Part shown: positions 27,401-37,324 of the stretch, piece by piece | Numbering within the stretch: the stretch's first letter is position 1 | Layout: each line of letters opens with the position of its first letter | Source: Sarea resinae | Lineage: Eukaryota | Assembly (NCBI GenBank): GCA_026026165.1 | Contig: JAPEUD010000001.1 | Location: 434,001-498,000, forward strand | Length of the DNA: 64,000 nt | Reading direction: 5' to 3' | Program-made: the position numbers and the translations under genes | Notes under the pieces: model-generated | Seen by the model: only the letters and a program-made list of their open reading frames with translations | Databases searched by the model: none | What the model was told of the DNA's origin: nothing

Positions 27401-28189
27401 TCAGACGGTTCCGCCTTGGGCCATAGCAATTCCCTTCCAGTGCTCCACTTGCCCTTGCAACTCCTCCACCTGCTTCTCTAGCTCCTCGAGTCGCTGCACC
27501 CTCCGCTGTCGAGACTTGCGGGCCGCCTCAGTATTACGGGCACGCTTGACCGACACGATATCATCCGGATTGTACGAAACTGGTGGTAAAGGCCGGTTTC
27601 GCTTGGAAGCACCGACGCCGGAGATAGACGAGTGCTTGGAATGACTTCGGGCCATGGGTGAAGACTGCCCAGGCGATGACGACTTACGACGGGGACCAGA
27701 TGTGTTGATATTTGTCAAGGCAGGCGAGTCAAAAGCCTCGGGCGCATCGGCTGGCGAGGCGTCGCCCTCAGCCGTGATGGCGTCAAACAGAGGGTACCAA
27801 TTGTCTTGAGGTGGGAAGAGGTCGGCATCGCCCGTTGGGTACAGAGGGGATGTCTCAAAGCTGTCGACAAAGTCGGGAGAATCAAACATGGAAGGAGAGG
27901 TTAAATTCGTGAATGCGGTTGACGGGGGCGCAGATGCCAGCGGGTCCCTCAATAGATCCTTGGGGGACACGGTTGCAGGGTTGGAGCTGAAGGATCCCAT
28001 CGAGTCGTTGCCAGAGGTGGAATGGGAAAAGTCATGCTCCATGACCTGCGACTCCGGGGCGAGGTCGCCGCCGAAGTCGGCCGAGAGATCAAATAGATTG
28101 CTCATGTCTGTTGAATCAACGTTTAGTGTCGACAGCTCAAGGTTCACGAACTGAGGTGATTTACCAGAAGACATAGCGTTCAGATCCAT
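27401..28189 (-). CDS. cpcA: Cross-pathway control bZIP activator CpcA/Cpc-1/Gcn4, AUG-initiated form (exons 28189-28165, 28107-27401)
   Basis: bZIP KRARNTEAARKSRQRRVQRLEELE; TVSPKDLL; SAPPSTAFTNLTSPS; WYPLF activation motif; uORF-containing leader. Confidence 0.95.
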   Translation of the reverse strand: MDLNAMSSGKSPQFVNLELSTLNVDSTDMSNLFDLSADFGGDLAPESQVMEHDFSHSTSGNDSMGSFSSNPATVSPKDLLRDPLASAPPSTAFTNLTSPSMFDSPDFVDSFETSPLYPTGDADLFPPQDNWYPLFDAITAEGDASPADAPEAFDSPALTNINTSGPRRKSSSPGQSSPMARSHSKHSSISGVGASKRNRPLPPVSYNPDDIVSVKRARNTEAARKSRQRRVQRLEELEKQVEELQGQVEHWKGIAMAQGGTV

Positions 28190-28493
28190 AGAATTCCTCG
28201 GGCGCTGAGCTGAGCGATTCACGGTTCCAGTGCTATCAGAAAATAAGGGAACCTGAGGACGGCGAGTGCTGTATTGCTGTTGCTGAAGAGCAGAAGACGA
28301 CGATGGCGCAGAAGACGCGTAGAACGAGGGCTTCTGGCCAGATGAACTAGACCGACGGAAAGACGTTGACGATGTGTTATGCCCGGTACCTTGGATGATC
28401 TCCGTCACTCTCGGGTTCTGCACGGAAGATACAGAATACTGTTGTGTAGAGTTTCGTCGATATGGACCTTGAGGGGTCGCGGGGTAGGCTTGG

Positions 28494-28661
28494 TTAAGGG
28501 CTGCGCGAGTCGTCGCGGGTCCCAGCTCGGAAAGATGACGAGCTGGTCGATGGGGCGCTGGGGGTGGGAACAGCACAAAGTCGGTCGGTATCTGAAGCGG
28601 ATAGTCCTGTTGAGTAGTATGTGCGACGGAGTGCGTCGATGATGGGGGTTGAGAAAGCCAT
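28494..28661 (-). promoter_or_regulatory. cpcA uORF2 (55 aa, MAFSTPIIDALRR...DDSRSP)
   Basis: ATG in gccATGG context at 28661 and TAA at 28496-28494, out of frame with cpcA. One of only two AUGs between 28897 and the main start. Confidence 0.85.
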
Positions 28662-28882
28662 GGCGATTGGTGATCCGTGGTGAACAACGTAAAAACGTTG
28701 GCGGGTATGTTGGCGGTGGAGCGAGAACTTGGGCTACTGCGAGAAGCAAAGCTTGGGTTCAGAGGTCCCGGGAGAGGAGACTCTGAGGGGGTGAGGTTAC
28801 AGGTGGGAGTGGAGTCAGACGACGATGAAGTGAGTTTGGCTATCTTGTCTTTTGGACAGGATAGAGAAGTGGAGCCACGATA

Positions 28883-28897
28883 TTAACGAGCAGCCAT
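28883..28897 (-). promoter_or_regulatory. cpcA uORF1 (MAAR*)
   Basis: aaactATGGCTGCTCGTTAA on the minus strand in strong context. A short 5' uORF is typical of GCN4/cpc-1 reinitiation control. Confidence 0.85.
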
Positions 28898-29014
28898 AGT
28901 TTGGATGCTTCTGTTGATGTCTTTGTCTGTGCTTGTTATTGTGGGAGGGTGGTGAGGAGAGAAAGAGAAGAGAGAAAGAAAAGACCAGGCAGCCGAGCGG
29001 GGGGCATCAGGCAC

Positions 29015-29020
29015 TTATAA
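29015..29020 (-). promoter_or_regulatory. Candidate TATA box of cpcA
   Basis: TTATAA (TATAAG on the minus strand) just upstream of a minus-strand CT-rich tract (about 28955-28985) and uORF1. Confidence 0.45.
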
Positions 29021-29500
29021 CATTATTGGGGAGGAAGGTGTGGTGGGAAATTCACAGCCTGGCGGAAGTTGCGGCTGAGCGAGAACACGATGGGGGGGGA
29101 GGAAATGTGTGAAGGTACTCGGGAGTACAGGCGGAGTAGGCGAAGGAGTATCTGACGGCCAAGATCGCCGCGCGATCGCTCAGAGAAGTGAAGCGAGAGT
29201 ACTTGCCCGCTACCTCGGCGACCTTAATTAAACGAGGAGATAGCGGACACGACGGGCAGAACAGGCAGAATAGGCAGAATGGCGGGCGGCAAGGCCGAGA
29301 GAGAGACAGAGAGATACTTTCCGTAGTGGGCGGAGCCAGATAGAGTGAGCAAGTAGCGGCCACCACGCCCAGTGGAAAAGTGGGGGGCACTTGGTCTATT
29401 GAGAATGTTGGCGGACGGCACTCTGGCCGTTGACTGGCCAGTCCGTCCACCTTGGTCGCGTCCCACTGGGATGTCGGGCCGTGCGGACAGGGTTTCGGTA

Positions 29501-29507
29501 TGAGTCA
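29501..29507. promoter_or_regulatory. Gcn4/CpcA response element (TGACTCA) upstream of cpcA
   Basis: Perfect aTGAGTCAc about 600 nt upstream of uORF1. A second perfect site lies at 30928-30934. Confidence 0.55.
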
Positions 29508-30373
29508 CAGTCAAAGGGGCCAACCGTGGAAATGCCCACCAGGTGTTCGTTCCTTCGTGACCGGCAGATTGGCCAAACGGAGCATTCGAATGGATGCACG
29601 ATACGATTCCCCGATGCAAGTGCGGTGCAGCTGATTGTTTGGATGAGTGTTTGGATGAGTGAATGGATACATAAGGTAGGAGATCAATGTCCGGTCGACC
29701 ATCAGCAGCTCATCACCTGGAGAGCGTCGCAACTGTTCACAATGCACGTCGCTTGAAAGCGGTACATAGTGTAGAGCAATTGGTGCATGATTGCTGGAAC
29801 CCAAGGACCGGATCCATCGATCGGGATGGATCCACCATGAGATCCATGCCAAGAGCGGCAGAATAATGCCACCGAGTGCGTATGTACTCTAGCACTCGTA
29901 TTATTGCAAATTCGCTCGACGGTTGAAACAGTAGCGAGTGGGCCAAGAGAGGCCAAAGACAATCAAATCGCGATCCAAATCGGACGACGATGGATCGGTC
30001 CCTACTGCGCCCTACTGGGCTTCCATTCCTCCATTCAATTCGATCAATGCATACCTTACCCTCTGCAGCAGGGCCGAGTGACAGGCCGGCGACAACGACG
30101 ACGACGTTGACGACGACATCGCGTCCACACCAATCGCTCAGTATGAAGTACTACATACAACGGTAACTGCAGGCCCGCATAGTAGACCTTGAAACAGCAA
30201 AGTGAACAATGAACAGCGAACACCATGGCGACAACGAAATACCCTGGTACCGCGGGCGTACGTTGGAGTAAATCTTGATATCCTACAGAGTCGCTGTACA
30301 TACGTAGTAGTTCGCGACTGGCAGGAGAGAAAACCTTCGGCTCCGTTGCGCCCTCAAAACAGTGGATCATGAA

Positions 30374-30404
30374 ATCCAGGCATCCAGGCATCCAGGCATC
30401 CAGG
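30374..30404. repeat. (CATCCAGG)n short tandem repeat
   Basis: About four units: atccagg-catccagg-catccagg-catccagg. Confidence 0.85.
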
Positions 30405-32710
30405 CGCCCATGCAATTCGTCGTTATCAACACTTTCCCGTCCCGTCCATCTTTCGTTGGTTGCCTGAGGTATTCGTCCCGGACGCGCACACACATCCCAC
30501 ATCCCACATCCCTCTTCTCCTTCCCCGCACGGAATGCTGCGCTCGGCATCAGATTCGAGGGTGAGATTCATCTTTTGCGTCGAGACCTAGATCGATCCGA
30601 CGCAGCTCTCATGCGGGACGCACACAAACATCCAGGATGCACGCGTACACCGCTTCTTCCCGTCGCCTCTCCCCCTCGTCCTTTGCCCGCATTTCGTTTC
30701 GTTTCGTCTCAGGACACGGCACAGCAGGGCTGAAAGGCTGATGGCTGCGCCTCCCTTCATCCCTACAGTACCTTCTTCCGTCCCGCCCAAGCTTCGCCAG
30801 TACTACTGCGCAGTACGAAGTAGTGATAGTAGTCTCCGTCCATTTCGTATCTTTCGCAATTCGGTAATATCCCGCAATGGATCATTCATAGGGCGTAACG
30901 TACCGGGTTTAATTGAGTTTGGGGTTGTGAGTCACCCACTACTGTTTACTACTCCACCACTATTTACGGATACTTCTCCACCATCCATCTTATTATTCAC
31001 TACCGATTCCTACTCTGAGTACATGAAAATGGCTCCCCGCGCACCGATCGACTCCTAGTACTCCGTAAAAACTTGCGTACTCATTTAAATGATGAAGCGA
31101 GAGACCGCATGGTACCTAGCGCAATAATAATAATGTCCCGACCTTTAGTGGTTGCTTTTTGCTCCCCCGCTCCCCCCGCGCTTTCCGTCCCCCTGGGCGG
31201 ACTTCTCCCTGGATGGCGGGAAATGCATACCTTACTCTGGAGAAAAGCTCGGCAGACTCCATACCATAAGGTACCCATCGCAAATATCAGATTGATTATC
31301 AAATATTGGTACCGTAGCAGTGAGGCCCGAGCATCCATTGATCTTTCTATCAAAGGTATCTTATCTTGCCAGTCTTAAACGCTTAGGGGATTCAATCACT
31401 CGTCAGGAAAATCATCTCAGGTCATCTGCGAGGCGGGCGATTCACTGAGCTCTCTAAAACATCTCACACCAGCTACCATCAACCTTGGAGAGCCTGAATG
31501 CACAAATTTCCACCAGTGGCACAAGAAGCCAACGCGGAGGAAATGCGGTGCTCTCTCTCACGCGATGCCTGTGCGTTCAGAAGACGGTGCTTGCATCTCT
31601 CAACTGACGTTGACCGGCCTTCTCACGAGTCAAAGAGAGCGACGCTCCCTCAGCCCTTCATCACTTAACATTAGCTCCAGGTGTTCTACTATCCGCTCCG
31701 ACACCTTTCCACGTCGATTCGTGCTTCTCTAGAGACCAATCTTCTTCCACACTCAGCTCTTGGTATCAGCTAGCCATGCCAATGGGATCGTGTCGATGTC
31801 TATATTTGATATCCCTAGCTCGATAACCTAACGTAGATGTAAGAAACGACGATGAGAGCGAGAACGAAAAACCTATCAAGCGGACGGACAGACAGGATCG
31901 AGGTCTAGGTGGCACTATATTTAGAATTCTCGTGATGGTGCTGTTAGGAACGCCGACTCGACGAGGACGTCGTGATCCTGCTCCTTATTGAGGTGTACCA
32001 GCTGATTCACGGTGGCCATACGTGATCGCTGCCCGCCCACCTTCAATGACGGCAAATGCTTAAACCACCACGGCTGCGTGGCGGACTGTGTTATATATAT
32101 ATCGAATACTCGAACAATAAGCTCAAGTATCATCCCCTGTAGAATTTACGAGACCCTCTGCCAAGAAGTATCCGAAGAGACGCTACTCGGCCATCCTAGT
32201 GCAGTGCGGAAACTTTTGGGAGCCGCGACTCGCGAGAACGGAAAACGGGGAAATCGCAGGTTCAATAAGTTAAATTATATATAGGGAACCTTCCAATAGA
32301 AGCAGGCCATGTATATTTTGCCCCCGTTAGGCCCCTTCGTGGAGATGCTGTAGATTGAAGCTGTCGATGGAATTAAATATGAAAGAAAAGGCGATTAGGA
32401 CACAGAACGAGGAACAAAGGAAGAAACGAGCTGGCGCTTGCATGATTTTCGCTTTGGCCCATCCCACTTTGATGGAACCCCCCCAAAGATACACAATAGA
32501 ATACCAGGTTCCGCCCGCTTGCGTGCTTATTTGCTTGCTCGCTCATGAGAATGCTGATAACATAGAACAGGTCAGATAGATTGGGGAAATGAAAACACAC
32601 GGCCTCAATCCGAGGCTCATGTTCAACTCATTATGATGATGATTTGCAGAGCTTATAGAGGAAGAGCCCATGCCATGATCAGATGCAAATAGTGATCGCC
32701 CATCGACCAC

Positions 32711-33934
32711 TCAGCGCAAGCCAATCACGCTCTGCGATCCACGGTTAGCACAAGCTTGGATCTGAGTGAATAATCCGGTAAACTCACCATCTCCAACGTC
32801 CAGACTCTTCTAATCCAAACCTTTAACTTGCCCTCTACTCCCTCGACATCATGTAGCTCAACTCCTTCCCACCAGCATCGTCTGGCCGGTTTCCGCCAGA
32901 AAAGCAAGAGCTTTTGGGCCATACCAACCACGTTGCTATTGCTGATGTCGTTGCCTTTGACGTCTGTTCGTAGACGAGCCAATGCTAGACTGCAGATGAC
33001 AGCTTTGTTAGGTTCGCCGGCTCGATGACCCCAGCGGTCGTCGTGGTTAAATCCACTGCATCTTGATTAATTTCCCTCTATTCCGGAAAGTGAAGATGGC
33101 ACTTACCCAGCGGTCAACATCTCAATGAGATGTTGTTCGGTCGTGCCCGTCTCCTCGCTTTTTCTCAAACCAGAAAATATGCCGTCTTGCCTCAAAAGTG
33201 CTCTGCCTGCCGCTCTCTTAACTTCAATCATCTCTGGCTGTTCGATATCGGCTTTGGGGGGTATCGCATAAAAATCCAAGTCCTCTCTCAGCACGATAAT
33301 ACCGGCACGGTCTTGCAGCATGTCCCTCGCCGATCCCGGCATCGGCTCGATGGGTATAGCATTGGGATCGGGCGTGCCAGTCGGAGAGGGCGATCCGGAC
33401 GGTATACTTTGTGCAACGTTGCGGAAGAATTCGAGCATGTACTGAAGAGAAGCAGGATCATACTGAGAGTAATAAATTAGATCCGAAATATGTAAATCAG
33501 GATTGCTTAAGATATTCCTTGACCATTCGGCCGAACATACATCAACTGGGTATATATCTCCTTCCTGGTAGGAATTGGTATGGCCATCAGGTAATAGCCC
33601 ATTTGGGAACAGTGATAGCAAAACAAATTCGGGTAGAGTCAGTAATTCGTCTCTAGACAGAGTGAAGCGTGTGCCTCTGCGATCGAAAACTCATTAGTAA
33701 AATGCTCTCTTGAAGTAAGCGTGTAGCGAGGACTTTACCGGAGGTCAAGCGTTATGTTCTCATCCGCACCGACATCTGCAATGAAGCTCGTGTTAGCTTT
33801 TCTGCACCCAAAGGAGGACGTTCGTAGAGCGCCTTGCGCTCTCATAGAGACATACCTCCTAGTGTGTTGATCGGCGGGCCAGCTCCCTGGGATACTTGTG
33901 TGATGATACTCGCCGCACCACCTGCCGCCGCCAT
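32711..33934 (-). CDS. whi2: Whi2 stress/nutrient response regulator (BTB/POZ-like), AUG-initiated form (exons 33934-33856, 33775-33739, 33676-33541, 33462-33107, 33055-32788, 32731-32711)
   Basis: MAAAGGAASIITQV, ITLDLRGTRFTLSRDELLTLPEFVLLSLFPNG, IIVLREDLDFYAIP, EQHLIEMLTAGGF and KLLLFWRKPARRCWW...VWIRRVWTLEMSVIGLR. All five introns are GT-AG and keep the frame. Confidence 0.9.
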
Positions 33935-34427
33935 CACGTATGTGAATGCCTCTAATGGACTCGAGCCCTCGGTATAAGGAGGGGGAGGCTCTCCGTCGTC
34001 TACTCCTTTATGCGGATGGACGCCTTTGTTGTCCGCGGGTAATGCTGCCTTTGTCTCTGCCGCGGCCGAAGAAGATTCCTCAAAAGGCGGTGCAGGGGCG
34101 AATACTGACAGGGAGGCCGAGTCTGCGCCAGTGACGTTGGCTTCGTAAGCGTCGCTATCCCGCTCCGAGGGGAAGTAGAGAGACGAAAATGGAGGTGGGC
34201 GAGGCGAAGGCGGAGGAGAGGAAGACGAGGAGGCCCCCGAGGTTGAGGATGGAGGAGGGAGAGGAGGAGGCGGTGCGGTGTAAGAGCTGTCGTCCACTTT
34301 GCACGCAAGTCTCGAGGAAGTGCGAGAGAGCGTGACGGGTGGCTGGTACGGCGACGCCGTGGTTGGATTATCGTCGAGGCGACACCCTGACGCTCGACGA
34401 CGCTGAAGCAGTTGGAGGAGTGCGATG

Positions 34428-34515
34428 TTAGGACCGCTGTCGAGATGTAGATGGAGATGTCATGCGAGTCGCGTCACAATGGCGATCGCTTGGGCAACGA
34501 GGAGGGAGGTCTCAT
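34428..34515 (-). promoter_or_regulatory. Two candidate uORFs upstream of whi2 (34515-34474, MRPPSSLPKRSPL*; 34463-34428, MTSPSTSRQRS*)
   Basis: These are the nearest upstream AUGs on the minus strand. Both close quickly and are out of frame with whi2. Whether they are in the transcript is unknown. Confidence 0.45.
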
Positions 34516-35303
34516 TCGCCTTTGATGGCCGGAGAACAAGGCAAGGTCGGTCGATGAGCACCGGCAATTGATCGAAAGCTGGACGTGTCAAGATTCAAAG
34601 AGGATGGGTTCGTGATGGGATCACGGTTTCTTCGGCGAGACGAGGTGCGTTGAGCTGTCGGGGGAGATGTTTGGTGTTTCGAGATGGCCGACTGACTGCC
34701 CGTGGAGTTTGAATCCAATGAGCAGTGAGCGAGTGCGAGCTGCGAGGTCCGGCTGCGACCACGGCAAGAACCGCCACGCTACTTGGGTTTGGTGTGACGA
34801 GCCCGCATGGATGGAAGTATCCCTGCAGTACCGCCTCTCCCCTCCGAGGTTCCTTGCTGGGTAATGCATCAACATGCACTGGATGTGTACTCGTCGAGTA
34901 CTTCGCACACGGTTGATTGTCCACCTCGCGCACCTCGATTTGACCGTATCTCCATGTAAGGTGACAGCCGCGCACAGAGCATCAAGTACCTACCGAGTAC
35001 CAGAGTCAGGTAGGCAGCTTCACGTCTGACCGCCTCTTCAGATGTCCACGTCTCCATCGTGATGTCTTCGTACACCGTAGCCATGATCACAGATAAGATA
35101 AGATCACTGCCCATCCATCACCACTCAGTTACCCTGCACCGCGGCCACAACAACTGCATTGCGCCCTGAGCTGGTACAGATCGGATCCAATATCTCGTAC
35201 TATTCCATTAATTGCTGCTTGTGGACACGGCGTGCTTCCTTCCCTATTACCTTATTCACCACCGTAAATCCATGACTGCGAGCCATTCGCAACCTATTCA
35301 ACC

Positions 35304-36641
35304 ATGGTAAGCAGACTCGCGGACTTTGCGCCCTTACCCGTTTTAAGAGCTGACACAAACCCTTCCTCCTCTACAGGCTCAAGTCATATCGAATTCCGGC
35401 CACGAAGAGATGATTGTACGTTTCCTCCCCGTTATCGTCCTCAGAGCACCGTCATCGCAGCTGCATTGTCGCATCAATCTTCTCACCCTTGATCAGAAGC
35501 CAGCAGCTAATTGTCTCTCTGCTGCCTTGCGTTCGCGACCGATAGCACGACGCGGTTTTAGATTATTATGGAAGACGGCTGGCGACATGCTCGTCGGACA
35601 AGACGATCAAGATCTTCGAGGTGGAGGGAGATTCACATCGATTGATTGAGACGCTCAAGGGGTAAATCATTCCACCGCTGCCCTCTCTGCAAGAGCTTCT
35701 TGCTGAACATAACTAACGGAATTCCACAGTCACGAAGGCGCAGTCTGGTGCGTCTCGTGGGTCAGTAAACCATTGCCCTCCCACCTGAACCGCACACTGA
35801 CAGTCAAAGGCCCACCCGAAATATGGCAATATTCTCGCCTCGGCCTCGTTTGACGGCAAAGTCTTCATCTGGCGCGAACAAGCCGGCGCCTGGCAAAAGG
35901 TCTTCGAACACGCGCTGCACACCGCGTCCGTCAACAGCGTATCGTGGGCGCCGCATGAACTGGGCTGTCTCCTTGCCTGCGCCTCCTCGGACGGCAGTAT
36001 CAGCGTCCTCGAATTTGCCAACAATAGCTGGTCCCACAAGATCTTCCCCGCGCACGGAATCGGCGCCAATGCCGTCTCCTGGGCCCCTGCCACGAGTCCG
36101 GGTAGCCTGGTGAGTAGCGCCACAAACACCAACGCTGCTGGAGCGGGCAAAGAGCGTGAACGAAGATTCGTGAGCGGTGGAAGTGATAATCTGGTTAAGA
36201 TCTGGGAGTGGAAGTACGTCTCCAAAACCCCCACCAACCCTAATACCCCTGTCTCCCTATGCAGAAAAGAAAAAGTCAGGATCGAAACGCCCCTAACAGA
36301 CTTTCAACTGCCCTAGTCCCGAAGCACACACCTACACGCCGGTGCAGACCCTCTCAGGCCACACAGACTGGGTACGCGACGTCTCCTGGGCGCCCACGAT
36401 CCTCAGCAAATCCTACATCGCCTCGGCCTCGCAAGACAAGACGGTGCGCATCTGGACGACGGACCCGTCGCGCCCGGGCGAATGGAGCAGCACCGTGCTG
36501 AACTTTGAGTCGGTCGTGTGGCGCGTCAGTTGGAGCCTGAGCGGGAACGTGTTGGCGGTCAGCGGGGACGAGAGCAAGGTCAGCCTGTGGAAGGAGAATC
36601 TCAGGGGCGTGTGGGAGTGCGTTAAGAGTATTGAGGAATGA
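35304..36641 (+). CDS. sec13: Sec13 WD40 protein (COPII / nucleoporin / SEA complex); exons 35304-35306, 35377-35415, 35546-35661, 35730-35760, 35810-36213, 36317-36641
   Basis: [60 protein letters not shown] and [26 protein letters not shown]. Confidence 0.95.
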
Positions 36642-36682
36642 GTGCGGTTCGTTTTGATTTAGTTTGCCTATTTGCATTTGGT

Positions 36683-36709
36683 GGGGGGGGGGGGGGGGGG
36701 GGGGGGGGG
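36683..36709 (+). repeat. G27 homopolymer in the sec13 3' region
   Basis: 27 consecutive G about 40 nt after the sec13 stop. Confidence 0.95.
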
Positions 36710-37324
36710 AGTGGGACGTTTAAGAGTGCATGTTATACAAAACATTATAGTTGCCAAATCTTTTCTTCTGCTAGTTACTGGAGTGACGGGACTGACTCTC
36801 TTACATTGGTCTACTTCACCTTTCCAGCTCCGACCAAGTTCTGCTGCCTCTGTTGAACGAAATAGAGATTCAGGTCCAAGACACATGCAATGAGGCACTT
36901 CTACGGTGAATGGGAGATTGGTTCATCAGCTGCAGTATTAGGCATCTATCTGACGTAGCATTATCTCCACAATCATCAACGAAATCGTCGTCCATAGAAC
37001 CATCATCATCGTAAATCGTAGCGAAAAAGCGGACGAAAGAAAGAACCGGAAACATGGGCCGACCGAATAAGTAGAGTCATGACGAGAAACGACGCAGATA
37101 CGAACGAAGAAAGATGCGGGGAAAAGGGGGGACTTATGACTCGTAGATGGAGCGGCCCGCTTGATGATCAGACCTCAAGTGGTTTCAACCAAGCCCAGAT
37201 GTGAAGTCGTGGCCAAAGTGAAGAGAACGATGAACTGAATGAATGACTGAATGAAGGAATGAATGAATGAATGAATCAACGGATAGGTGAAACAATTTTC
37301 ATTCAAGCCTCATTGATGCCCACT

